Of a stretch of 64,000 bases of DNA, positions 50,421 through 64,000 are shown in pieces. The notes beneath the pieces were generated by a model. The model did not search any database. It was not told where the DNA came from and saw only the letters and a program-made list of their open reading frames with translations. The position numbers and the translations under genes were made by a program. How positions within the stretch are numbered: the first letter of the stretch is position 1; the number at the start of each line of letters is the position of its first letter. The DNA lies in the NCBI RefSeq assembly GCF_009914755.1, contig NC_060947.1, one strand, 5' to 3'. This stretch comes from the human T2T-CHM13v2.0 reference genome, Homo sapiens.

Positions 50421-52059
50421 TTCTGAAGTGATTTGAGTATTGTCAATGGGAGCTGATCTGCAGCAAGATTATGTTATGAAATATGTTGTTCTTTTTCAGT
50501 AGCTCTAATTTAAGGCTTAGGAATACATCAAAGTCACTTCAGTGGAGTTTTCATTAGAATTACTTGGCTGAGGCCATTCGATTTATTCTGTTTCTTGGCT
50601 AGCCTCTTAGCATTGAACATGAAAGAGGCTGAATGAGAAAGTACAGATGGGTTAACACAAAACCATCCCCAGTATAAGAAAAAACATTCCAAGTACCTGG
50701 CCTAGCGGGAAGTTCTGTATCTTCATATATACAAAGCAGCCTCCTCATTTTAGATAACCAAAATGTGCATAAATTATTTTATATAGTGGGTTACTACCCA
50801 CACCCTAGGCTGGATTTAGGTTTTGAAACATTCTCTGGAAAAGGAAATGATTGGGTTTTCTGTGTTTTTGGTGGTTTCCTAGTCATCTTTATTCACATAA
50901 AAATTCAAGCAAAAGCCCAAAAGTAATTTTTCAGGCCAATATTTCCAGGCAAGCAAATTTTATATGCCAGTCAGATTTATTGTAATAGGAATAGAATGAA
51001 TTAAGTCAGCTGCTTCTAGATGATGTTTGTGATTGATTTTCCAGAACACCTTGGAGACTGTCCGTTTATCTCCTCCTGTTCTCAGTTTTTAAAAAAATTG
51101 AAAAGTTCTTTGGCCAGGCACATGCTATTTTCCACCTATCCTCCTTGGCACCTACTACTGCACAGCGCCACATGTTCTTTTCACCCAAATTGCTTGACTT
51201 TACCACGTCTCACTGAAGTTTTTTTTTCTCCCCACAGTTACTGCTCTTATGTCAAATTCTCTTTGAATGATATATTTCTTTTCTTGTCTCTCTCTGTCTT
51301 TCACACTCACATTCTAATGACTCTTTTGATAATATCCAAGGCGCTTATTTAGAAAGAAAGAAGATCAGCAGGAAGAAAAACATCTTCTCTTACTCCAGAT
51401 TTTTTCCCATTTTAAAATACGACATTCTATTCATCTTGTAGAATTTTTTAAGTTTTCAGAAGTGAATATTAATCAAGTCACAATGTGAGGCATTGAAGGA
51501 ATCCATTCACCTATCTGACTCAATCTTATCTTTTATAAAAGGCAGTCACTAAATTGCCCAGAGCTTATACCTTTTGAATAAGTAACTTCTTTTTTTTTTT
51601 TTAATCCACTGCTTTCTCATTGGTCTCTGCTTAAGCACTCTGAGTGGAGTCATCCCCGTAAAATGAAAAACTGAGGGAAAAAGCCTCTCCATGATTTGAT
51701 GAGGGTCACATGGCTGGTCTGTGACATTAAGAAATAGCCTGGTAAACTCAGTACACCGGACAATCTTCCCACTCAATTGTAAATCATTTAAACTCAGATT
51801 TAAGTATAATACCTTGCCTTGGTCTCAGTGCCACAGTGGTCATTTTATTGTTTCTGGCAGAGAAGGGAGGAAAAAATGAAAAGTAATATAGTGGTTGAAA
51901 GCTAAATCTCTTTAACAGACTAAGCTTTTTTAAAAAAAAACTCACTGTTTTCCTCCAATTCCTTCCTTTTGCACCCCAGACTTGGTCCCACTTCAAGAAT
52001 GTATAAAAAATTATGAGTTCATCTTCTCTGGGAATAACTATCCCTACCATAAGTGGGAA

Positions 52060-52220
52060 GAGCCCTGGAAAAGGAATCGTGAGACCCAGGCACTTGTCCT
52101 AGCTGAGCCACTAATTAGCTGTGTTACTTTGGGCAAGTTGTTTCATGACTCTGACCTTCAGTTTTTCTATCTGTAAAAATAAGAGGGTTGGAGGAGAAAG
52201 TTTCTAAGGTCGTTTTAGTC
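52060..52220 (+). mobile_element. MIR
   Basis: ccactaattagctgtgttactttgggcaagtt...cagtttttctatctgtaaaa. Confidence 0.75.
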
Positions 52221-52542
52221 CCAACTTTCCTTGATGGTGTGGTCAATAAAAGAAAATACACACTGTGAATATACACATGAAGTAAAGAGTGAAGTAAGAA
52301 GAGACTAATTGGTCCGGGCAAAAGGCAATGCACATGTACACACACACACACACAAATCCAAAGATGCATGAAGCTGAAAAGTATGAGATGGTGTTAGCAA
52401 TTTAAGAAAGGATTTAGCTACTGTTTGCTATCATCCATTTTACAGAGAACTTGAAGCCTTGGGTTAGATGGTCATTTTCCACCTCTAAGCTGTCCTTTCT
52501 TTTATAGGTTGATGCAGTTGTTAATCCAAAGGGATATAGGAT

Positions 52543-52892
52543 GGTGTCTTAGTTTGGATTGCTATAGCAGAATACCATAGACGGGGTGGATTAAACAACA
52601 AACATTTATTTCTCACAGTTCTGGAGGCCAGGAAGTCTTAGATCAAAGTGCTGGCAGATATGGTGTCTGGTGAGGGCCCACTTTGGCATTTATAGACAGC
52701 TGTCTTCTGATGGCAGAAGGGGTGAGGGAGCTCTCTGGGGTTTCTTTTATAAGAGCTTTCATCACATTTATGAGGACTCTGCCCTCATGACCTAATCACC
52801 TCTCATAGGCCCCACCTCCAAACACCATCACATTGGGAATTAGAATTCCAACATATGAATTTTGGGAAGACATGAATATTCAGTCTATAGCA
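52543..52892 (-). mobile_element. MLT1A-like MaLR LTR
   Basis: tgtcttagt...atttatttctcacagttctggaggc...attcagtctatagca. Confidence 0.8.
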
Positions 52893-53204
52893 GACAGGCT
52901 GAAAGTAAGGAGTCTTGACCTTGAAAGATGAGATTGTATGGAAGGATGGAATCTGACCAATGAAAGGCATTAGCACCATTCAGTAACCTATAGAGAATGA
53001 ACACCATTGTTTCAGCCAGACACAGGAGACATCATTGGTAACATAAGGGAAATTTGGCAAACATTTTATGTGGCTGTGCACCCAGGTACGGAAATGTAGC
53101 CAAATAAACTCATGCTCAGTGTTTCTTTTAGGTAGGTCTGTTCTCTATTACATTAGGGTAAATGAATGAGCTTAAATAACTGTTAGATGATAATTCTTCC
53201 AGAA

Positions 53205-53390
53205 CCATGTTTCTCAAATTAGGTATGCATAAGAATTATCTGTGGGAAGTTGTTAAAATACAGATTCCAGGGTACCATTCCTAGGATTATAATTCAGTAG
53301 GTCTGTAATTATGACCACCAATCTGTATCTTTAAAAGTACCTCTGGTGCATTCTAATCCAAGTCAAAGCATTCATTGTAAAAACACTGAG
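53205..53390. mobile_element. MER5B-like MITE
   Basis: gtttctcaaa...gttgttaaaatacagattccaggg...aattcagtaggtct. Confidence 0.6.
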
Positions 53391-53511
53391 GTAGAGAGAA
53401 TAGATCAGGCCTCTTCTACCTGGAACCTGCTCATATATGGCCCATTAGAAGAACTTCTTTCAAGCAAAAGAGTTCCCTAGAGTGAATTTTTCACCACATC
53501 AAAAGGCATAA

Positions 53512-54033
<522 letters not shown>

Positions 54034-54039
54034 TAGCAT

Positions 54040-54430
54040 TTCACAGCCCTCAGATTACTGAATATTTCCACTTTCTTGAAACCCTTTCTTCCCCTGGCTT
54101 CCATGACACCACGCTCCCAATATTTAATGTCTACTATTCTGGCAGTGACATATCAGTTTCCCTTGTGAACTTTTCTTTCTATCCCCATTCCTTATTGGAT
54201 ATTGATTTCCAGAACTCTGTTCTAGGTCCTCTTCTTATTCTAAACACCTTTTTGGGGCAAAGTCATTATTTCAAGGTTTTTAAATTACCATCTCTATGTT
54301 AACATCCACTAAATCTGAATCTCCATCCCAGATTGTTCTTCTGACCTAGTCAACCATCTACTTGATTTCCCACTTGAATGATGCCCAAGCACCTCTAAAT
54401 CAAGATGGTTCAAACTGAATTTGCAAAACC
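54040..54430 (+). mobile_element. L2 fragment
   Basis: ctggcttccatgacaccac...cacctctaaatcaagatggttcaaactgaa. Confidence 0.55.
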
Positions 54431-54467
54431 CAGGAGATCTACCACAGGATCTATCCAGCACAACTAT

Positions 54468-54690
54468 GGAAGGAAGAAGAAGAAGGAGGAGGAGGAGTGG
54501 GGGAGGGAGGGGGAGGAGAGAAGGGGAGGTGGATGGGGGAGGGGGACAGTGGAGGAAGAGGGAAGAGGGAGAAAATAAGGAGAAAGAGAAGGAAAGGCAG
54601 AAGGGGAGGGGAAGGGGGAAGGGGAAGAACAAGGGGAATGGGAAGAGAATGAAGAGGAAGAGAAGAGGAAGAGTAGGAGGAGAAATAACA
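54468..54690. repeat. GA-rich low-complexity tract
   Basis: Polypurine run visible directly. Confidence 0.9.
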
Positions 54691-55837
54691 AAAGGCACCA
54701 GGTTGGAAAGGAAGAATTTAAAATATATTTATTTGCAAACGACATTATCCTATAGTGAAAAATCCTTAAAAGTCCACTAAAAAATAGAAAAAAATAGTGA
54801 AGCCAATAAACAAGTTTAGTAAAGTTTCAGGATACAAAATCAATTTACGAAACCCACTCATATTTCTATATACTATCAATGAATGAATCAGACCTAAATA
54901 AATGGAAAGACATCCTGGGTTCATAGATTGGGAGACTTAATTTGTTAATAAGGCAACATTAGCAAAATTGATCTACAAATTCAGAGCTATCATATCAAAA
55001 TTCTAACTGACTCATTTGCAGAAATTGACAGGCTGATCTTAAAATTAAGATGAAAAGGCAAGAAACCTATAATAGGTAAAACAATCTTGAAAAAGAAAAA
55101 CCAAGTTGGATGACTCATTCTTTCTGATTTCAAAACGGTACAGTAATCAAGACAGTGTTGCAATGGAATAATACAGGCATATAGACCAATTGAATAGAAT
55201 AGAAAGCCCAGAAACAAACCTTCGTGTATATGGTCCAATAATTTTTGAGAAGGGTACCAAGATCATTCAATGGAAAAAGGACAGTCTTTTCAAGAAATGG
55301 TGCTGTGAAAACTAGATGAATGAATTTGTATCCCTACCTCACACACCATATATAAAAACTAACTCGAAATGGATTAAAGATCTAAATGTAAAATCCAAAC
55401 CATAAAACTCTTAGAAGAAAACACGGAGGTAATCATTCATGACCTTGGATTTGGCAATGAAGTCTTAGATATGACACCAAAAGTACAAGCAACAAAAGAA
55501 AAAAAAATATGTAATGTGGAATTCATGAAAATCCAAACTTTTACAGATCAAAAAACATTATCAAAAAAGTGAAAAGGTCACCTATAAAATGGAAGAAAAT
55601 ATTTACAAATTAAATGCATGACAAGGGACTTTATCCAGAACACATAAGAAAACCTCTTACAACTCAATAATAAAAATACAAATAACCCAATTTAAAAACT
55701 CAAGAGATTTGAATAGACATTAAGAAGATATACAAATGGCTAATAAGCACATGAAAAATGCTCAACATAATTAGTGATTAGGGAAACAAAAATAAAAACC
55801 ACAATGAAATACTACTTCACACCCACTAGTATGGCTA

Positions 55838-55842
55838 TTATA

Positions 55843-55888
<46 letters not shown>

Positions 55889-55890
55889 CA
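55838..55890. repeat. (TATATG)n microsatellite
   Basis: Visible directly. Confidence 0.9.
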
Positions 55891-55925
55891 TTTAGCTTTT
55901 CTTTTTCTCCTTAAAAAGAGAAAAA

Positions 55926-56220
<295 letters not shown>

Positions 56221-56848
56221 TAATAGTAATAATACAAGTGTTGGAAAGAATGTGGAGAAATTGGAATGCTTGTACATTGCCAGTGGAAATGTAAAATGGT
56301 GCAGCCACTGTAAAAAACAGTTTGGTGGTTCTTCTAAAAGTTAAACATAGAGTTATCATATGTCCCAGCAATTCCATGCCTAGGGATATACCAAAGAGAA
56401 TTTAAAAACATATGTTCACACAAAAACTTGCACTCAAATGTTCATAACACTCAAATGTTCATAGCAGTATTAGTCTTAATAAGCAAAAAGTGGAAGCAAG
56501 CCAATGTCTAGCTACTAATGAATGATTAAACAAAATATAGTATGTATATCCATACAAGGGGATATTGTTTGGCAATAAAGAAGAATGAAATGCTTATACA
56601 TGATACAATATGGATGAACTTTGGAAACATTATGCTAAGTGAAAGAAGCCAAACACAAAAGGTCACATACCATATGATCCCATTTCTATGAAATGTCCAG
56701 AATAGGCGAATTCATAAAGACAAAAAGTAGATTGGTGGTTGTCAGGGACTGGGAAAATGGAAAACTGAATCATACATGTTTAAATGGTGAATTTAATGGT
56801 ATGTGAACTATATAGCAATAAAAAGTAAATTAAAAAAACAACAGAATT

Positions 56849-57150
56849 GGGCTGGGCATGGTGGCTCACACCTGTAATCCCAGCCTATTGAGAGGCTGAG
56901 GTGGGCGGATCACCTGAGGTCAGGAGTTCAAGACCAGCCTGGCCAACGTGGTGAAACACCATCTCTACAAAAAATACAAAAATTAGCTGGGCGTGGCAGC
57001 ATGCATCTGTAGTCCCAGCTACTTGGGCTCAGGAGGCTGAGGCACAAGAATCACTTGAACCAGGGAGGCAGAGGTTGCAGTGAGCCAAGATTGTGCCACT
57101 GCACACTCCAGCCTGGGTGACAGAGTAAGACTCTGTGTGAAAAAAAAAAA
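56849..57150 (+). mobile_element. AluS
   Basis: Dimeric Alu; partial TSD ...agaattg. Confidence 0.9.
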
Positions 57151-57439
57151 GAATAATAGAATTGGGCAAATGATATCAACAGGAAATTCACAGAAGAAAT
57201 ATGAACAGGTTTGCAATTTCAATGAGATGTAATTTTTTTCAGCCTCTCAGATTATCAAAAGTGTTAAAAATAGATAATAAAGATTGTTAACCCAACCGAA
57301 AGAAATAGAGCAATATAGGTGCTGTCATACACTGCTGAAATAGGCGTGCATTGGTATAACCTCTTGGAGGGCAATATAATGATATTTATTAATGTTTCAA
57401 ATATGCACACTTAATAGCTTAAAATTTCCTTATGTGAAG

Positions 57440-57870
57440 ATTTGAAATGTGTTCAAAAATATATGTGGAAGTCCTATCCTCCCACCAGGACCTGTGAATG
57501 GGACCTTACCTGGAAACAGTGTCTTTGCATATGTTATCAAGTTTAGATGAGGTCATGCTGGATTAGGGTGAATCCTAAATCCAATGACTGCTGTCCTTAT
57601 AAGTAGAGGAAGATTTGGATATACACAGATTTACACACAAAGAAGGCCATATGAAGATGGAGGCAAAGATTGGAGTGATGCAGCTACACACCATAAATGC
57701 AAGGATTGCTAGGAGCCACAAGAGCTAGGAAAAGGCAAGGAAAGATTCTTTTCTAGAGCCTTCAAAAGGGGCACAGCCTTGTCAACATCTTGATTTAGGA
57801 CTTCTAGCCTCAGGAACTGGGAGATAATAAATTTCTGTTGTCTTAAGTCATCAAGTTTTGGTAATTTAAG
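57440..57870 (+). mobile_element. MLT1C-like MaLR LTR
   Basis: gtctttgca...gatgaggtcat...ggattagggtg...taaatttctgttg. Confidence 0.75.
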
Positions 57871-58177
57871 ATAGATTCTTAGTAGGATTAAAACATCCTA
57901 CTAAGAATCTATCTTGCAGAAATGCTTGTGGAAGTGGACAAAGATATTTACAATGTACTAGTGGGCTCATTGCAGCAACCTTTATAATTTATAATTTCAA
58001 AAAACTAGATATAACCTAAATGTTCATCAATAGGTAACTGGCCAAATAAGTTATAGTACATTCTATTGTATATGGACCTTTATTCAGCTACTAAAAATGA
58101 GTTCTCATACTAACAAGGAAGGACATCTGTGATATATTTCTAAATGAAAAGAGCAAGTAGCAGACAAACACATGAAT

Positions 58178-58259
58178 GTGTCTTAGTCCATTCTGGTTGC
58201 TATAACAAAATGCCATAGACTGAGTGGCTTATAAAAAACAGAAATTTGTTTCTCACCTA
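58178..58259 (-). mobile_element. MLT1 LTR fragment interrupted by the ERV
   Basis: tgtcttagtccatt...gaaatttgtttctcac, then an abrupt switch to ERV LTR. Confidence 0.7.
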
Positions 58260-58704
58260 TGAGAAACACACATTCACCTGTCCAAACCCAAAAAATGGAC
58301 TCAGAGACATGTAGAACAGTGGAAGTGAGACTTTTAATGGTGGTCTTGCAAGATCGGATATCTGGTAGGCAGGCACACTGGGGGCAGTTACAGCAGGTAA
58401 TTTATCTCCTAGCATGCAAGCCCCTCCCCCAGATCCTCATTGGTCAAGTACTATGGGGTTACAATCTTCCCTGACATCCCCTAAGTTTCATTACCCCCTT
58501 ATAAGGTTATACTCCATCCCCTTCCCCACTTTAGTTTCAATTTCCCAATAACGAAAATTTCTTCCCTTTTATGGGCTGACCCCTCTTCTACATTCTGTTC
58601 ACTTATCGTGACCTTCTAGGTGCATGAGCCGTACAGTTTGTTACATTCACAGGCTGACTGCCAGTACTTAGATTTATTATGCCTTGAAAATGGACCATTT
58701 AAAA
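58260..58704 (-). mobile_element. 3' LTR of a class I ERV (HERV-I / LTR10-family-like)
   Basis: Ends in ...tttctCA on the - strand; preceded by polypurine tract agaaaagaggaggg (58705-58720). Confidence 0.75.
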
Positions 58705-58719
58705 TTCCCTCCTCTTTTC

Positions 58720-60697
58720 TATTTACTTCGTTTGGTCTCATTTTCATCTAAACCCTTTTTGTTTTTGAATCACTTTAGAAGTTGTTTACTTTCTTCGTCA
58801 TAGGAAAGTGAGTTTAATTTGGTTTCTAATAGTAGCAGGTTATTTTGCTGGTAAGTTACGGGCATTTGTTTATTAATAGCTGTTTTAATTAATTTCTGTG
58901 CTAGTCCCCTCATACGAGGGGTAATATAACATCCCACTGCTGTTAAGACTCCTGCCACAATTATGAGAGATGCAAGGATTGAGGCTACCATGCCTTTTAA
59001 TTTTTTAAACCAACCTTCTAGCCAACCCATAAATGAGTCATTAATTCCAGCATTTTCTGTCAGTTCGTTGGCTAGAGTTGTCAGCCCATGTAAAGCTTTT
59101 GGGGCAGTATTTTTGGGAAAGTGCAACATTTCCCACCTAGCATAACACATACGCTGCCTTTTTCTGCTAGTATTATGTTCAGCGCAAGTCTGTTTTCCCA
59201 GGCCATTTGGCTGGTGGCATTTAACTGTTTAGCCACCCCTTTGAGGGCATCCCAAGTATAACTGATGAATCTCTGTTGATTATAATAGATGCAGTTAATC
59301 TAATTCACGTTTTTATTAATAGCTGACCACCAGAAGAGTGCTGACTCAAACCCAGCAGCTATTTGGTTTCAGGCCTTAAATTCATTAGGCACCCCCCCCC
59401 CCCCAACAGGGACTCCTATTGAGTTAACATATATATTGGGATTAAAAGAATTTGTCAAATCCCTCCAATTTTGGTGGCCATATGTATTTTCGAGTGTCTT
59501 ATGGAATGCCAGGATGAAGGGAATGGCCAATTGGACTAAAGCACAAGTCCCGGTCCAATTGGATGGTAACAAGTTATGGCGGTTCCTTTTCCCACAATAC
59601 TACCAGACATTAGCCCGGAGTATATGGAGAGCTGAGTAATTGCCACTGCCTGACTCACCAGTGACATTTAGGATGTGGGTACAAGTCGAGAGTACTCTTA
59701 CGGGCTTATTGAACTCTGCCCCCTGCCTAGAGAGGCAAGAGGAGTGGTTCATATTCCCTATAGAGAACGAGGGGATTGCTTGCGGGAAAGAGCAATGACA
59801 GACTCTTACAAGTCTCATTTCCCCATGTATTTTTGTCTTGGTATAGAGCCAACATGCAATGCATTCCTGCAGGTTTGGTATCCTATCCTAGGGGAAAAAG
59901 AACCACCTGTGCCTGAGGTCATCCCACAGCACATGTGTAGCAGTTACACTTGTTGAGGGCTTGTACTGAAAATTTGACCCATTTGACCCAGGCATTTACA
60001 TTCTTGTACCCTGTCTCAATTTCTAAGGTTTGCCTTAAATGCTTTACCTCAATTATTTTTACTCTTTTAGGGTTATTATTTGGTGGACTAAAGTTTTTAT
60101 TAGGGTTTGGGGTTGGAGTAGTCCTAGGCAAATGGCAGGTTGGGTTCTTGGTTAGTTTGAGAACAAATCACCCAAGGGGGTCCTTCTCTGTGATGTTTGC
60201 CCCTAACACATATACCCAAGATGCTACTTTTGGTTTTTGATTTAGAACAGCTGGATTTGTTAATGGTGATGAGTACAGGATTGCATTTTAAATTCTGGCA
60301 GTTATTTGGCGGGGAGCCCTTGGACAGATGTAGTTTATTCTTTAAGGGTCTTCAGCTTGGAGTTACCCACCCCCTGTTTACTGTCCAACCCTGAAATTGG
60401 GTAGTCCACCATACATCATCCCAGTTGGGGCAGAGTAATGCCCTACTGTAACCTGTATCTGGTTTAGGGCAAAGATATTTATCCACCTGTGAGAGCTGTC
60501 TTTGATTTTCCAAATTTCCACAAGGTAAGACCTGGCAGGCATTAAATTTTATGGTTTGGGATGCTACCATCTCGGTTACATTAATTACTACCTGATGGGT
60601 AGGGAGGAGTACCCTGCCAGTTTCCATTTTGACCTTCTGCTCTTTGTATAGTAGCCCATCCTAACCATATTAACTTCCAAAAATGAGGCCAGCCCAT
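58720..60697 (-). pseudogene. env: ERV env, disrupted (HERV-I-like)
   Basis: Start MGWPHFWKLIWLGW at 60697; WTGTCALVQL; ISU WENRLALNIILAEKG followed by CX6CC (CVMLGGKCC) at about 59118-59200; TM anchor; stops and frameshifts. Confidence 0.88.
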
Positions 60698-61082
60698 GTT
60701 TTTTTTGTTTTTTTGTTTTTTTAGATTTTTCTCAGAGTTAACTTTAAGGGTTTCTCAGGTGACCCGTGCACTTTCCACTGGTCTTTTTTCTTCCCTTCTG
60801 GGGTCTCTTTTACTAGTCCCTTGACTGGAATATAGTGAGTCCACCCCCATTCTGCTGTTCACACGGCTGTCTTAGTGATCAGAAGCACTTGATAGGGACC
60901 TTCCCGGCTTGGGTGGAGCTTGCCTTCTTTTCAAGTTTTAATTTGCACCAAGTCACCAGGCCAGAAGTGGTGAACTGTGAACTCAACAGGCAGAGTTTGA
61001 GTCAGGAGTTCTTTTAACCTAAGGGGTGACAGGGTGGAGGATATGGCCAGTATATAATTTCTTAAGAAATAATCCTTGGTTT

Positions 61083-61529
<447 letters not shown>

Positions 61530-63022
61530 CTACTGGGAGACATTTGGTCCAAGGCATTTTAGTTTCTAAGATTAATTTGGTGATATGCTTTTTGAGAGTT
61601 TGATTTATTCTTTCTACCTTTCCAGAAGAAGGGGGATGCCAAGGGGTATGATAATTCCATTTAATTTGTAAACCTTCCGTAATTCCCCTTAACACCCTTG
61701 AGGTAAAGTGGCTCCCATTATTTAAATTAATATTTTTTACCAGGTTAAATCTAGCTACAATCTGTTTTAATATTATTTTGACTACATTCCCAGGGGTGAC
61801 TGTTGGAAGGGAAAGGCCTTCACCCAGCCGGAAAGGTGATCTATGATCACCAATAAATATTTCAGTCTTTTTACTTTGGGCATTTCTGTGAAATCTACTT
61901 GAATGCTTTGAAATGGTCTTAGTCCAGGAGGTCTTCCTTCCATGGCCTGTTTTCTAATCACCTTTTTGATTATTCTTTGACAAGTTACATAACTTCCACA
62001 TACTTGTTTAGTGAGGGTATAAATCTTTATACACCCATAATTCCTAAGTATTGCATTACACAGAGCCTGGGGCCCCCAATGACTCCCTTTGTGTAATATA
62101 GACATTAGTTATCTCATCAAGAGTTTACTTATTATTTCTCTTCCATCAAGAAGCACCTATTTCCCATCTTTAGTTTGAGTGACCTTTATCTTGTCTAATT
62201 CTTCCTTCTCTTCTCTGGTAAACTGGGGCCTTAATACTACCTTAGGGATGTCTGGGATCAGGCTAAATCGTTTAATTTCTTTCTCTAGGGAGGCTTGCTT
62301 AGCAGCTTTATCTGCAAGCCTGTTTCCTACAGCTTCTATAGTGCTCCCCTTCTGATGACCATTTACATGAACTATGGCTAGCTCTGCTGGAAGGAGGAGG
62401 CTTTCTAAAACCTGTTTGACCAGTTCCCCATGTACCAATTATTTTCCCCTGCTATTTATTAGGCCCCACTCTGTCCAGATTTTTCTAAAAGTACGTACCA
62501 CTCCATAGGCATATTTAGAATTAGTATAGATATAGTGCCTTCTTGGCCTTTAGGAGCTTTAGGGCCTGGTTAAGAGCATATAATTTACAGGTTTGGGCCA
62601 ACCAGCCATTAGGTAGTCTACTTTTCTTACATAAGGAGTGTTTATTTCCATTAATGACAGCATAACAATTATGTCTTTTGCCATTTATCACTCGGGATGA
62701 CCCCTTTACAAATAGCCTTATCCCATCATGTAGTGGAGCTTCCCTAAGGACCGATTTAACTTTGGTTTGGTATTTTATGATATTTAAGCAGTTATGATCT
62801 GATGTTTCTTTTTTCTCCTCTTTTTTCCATAGGAAATTGGGTGGATTCAGGCAAGTATTTATTGTTATGACCAAATTATTTTTTTCTAGTAATATGGCTT
62901 CATATTTTAGAATTTGAGAATCTGTTAACCATTTACTGGCTTTTTGATTTAATATATTCCTGACCTGGTGTGGAGTGCTTACTATTAGGGCCCCACCAAA
63001 GGTTAGCTTTCAACTCTCTTCT

Positions 63023-63276
63023 CTTTTTTTTTTTATTATACTTTAAGTTCTGGGTTACATGTGCAGAATATGCAGTTTTGTTACGTAGGTATACACGTAC
63101 CATGGTGGTTTGCTGCACCCATCAACCAGTCACCTACATTAGGTATTTCTCCTAATGTTATCCCTCCCCTAGCCCCCCACCCCCAAACAGGCCCCAGTGT
63201 GTGATGTTACCCTCCCTGTGTCCATGTATTCTCATTGTTCAACTCCCACTTATGAGTGAGAACATGTGGTGCTTGG
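63023..63276 (-). mobile_element. Short L1PA 3' fragment inserted in pol
   Basis: Poly-T plus L1PA 3' UTR; TSD ctctcttct. Confidence 0.88.
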
Positions 63277-64000
63277 CTCTCTTCTACCAGCAGGGCTGTG
63301 GCAGCTACTGCTTGCACACATTCTGGCCACCCCAAGAGACAGGATTGAGAAGCTTGGAGAAAAAAGCAACAGGTTGCCTCTTCCCTCCCCAGGTTTGAGT
63401 GAGCACCCCAAGGGCCATGCCCTGGTCTACTGTTACAAACAGATGGAATGGTTTCTCTAAAGATGAGAGGGCCAGGATGGGGACTGTAATGAAGGCCTGC
63501 TTTAGCTCTTTCACTGCCTGAATTTCCTTTGGGGACAATTGCAAAGGATTGGGTTCTTCTAATAACTTGAGATACAGAATCTTTGTCTTTTGAGCATATG
63601 AGTTAATCCATAACCTAACCTACAGTAGCCAGTTAAACCTAAACATTTTTGGAGTTCTCTCTTTGTTTTAGGCAAAGGTAGACCCACTATTCCTGATATT
63701 TTCTCTGGCTTTATTCTTTGCTTCCCTTCACTAATCAGGTGTCCTAAATATTTAACTCCTTTTCCTAGAAACTTCAATTTGTTCTTAGAGACTCACAATC
63801 CCTTTTCTCCTAGAAAATTAAAGCAAGCTTATGGTGGTTTCTGATATCACCCCAGAAATTAAAAGATCATCTACATATTACAACAACTAGTTTCCCCTGG
63901 AAGGTTGGAATTCCTCCATGACTTTTTCTAAGATTTGACCAAATAAGTTTGGGGCTTCCATGAAACCTTGTGGCAGCACAGTCCAGCGGTACTGTTGTTT

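Noticed and set aside
51200-51780. Possible exon (polypyrimidine + cag at about 51237) and short ORFs in unique sequence
   Set aside because: No matching donor or recognisable coding frame
54309-54780. Arg/Gly/Lys-rich and Pro/Leu-rich ORFs
   Set aside because: Artefact of the GA-rich low-complexity tract
58246-58268. Hairpin tgtttctca...tgagaaaca at the ERV integration junction
   Set aside because: Only 9 bp; explained by chance similarity between the MLT1 motif and the LTR end
58720-60697. Exapted, syncytin-like env
   Set aside because: Multiple stops and frameshifts, including an expanded G-run near 59392-59404

Overview
Great-ape (hominid) genomic DNA, as shown by an SVA, an L1PA2-type LINE-1 and AluY elements. 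It is almost all transposable elements, and I see no cellular protein-coding gene. The centre holds a four-level, same-strand nest: an L1MC1-like relic contains a full-length L1MA2-like element, which contains a full-length L1PA2-like element, which contains a 5'-truncated SVA. The young L1 has an intact ORF1, a broken ORF2 and an apparent 5' transduction. The left half holds old L1M elements carrying L1PA and Alu insertions, including four L1PA6-8 fragments that share non-consensus variants suggestive of local gene conversion. The right end is a minus-strand HERV-I-like provirus (3' LTR, env, partial pol) with a strong G-to-A (APOBEC3-like) signature. Subfamily names and consensus comparisons are from memory and need RepeatMasker/Dfam confirmation. 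I found no evidence of a wholly new biological system; the best leads are mechanistic footprints of retroelement biology.
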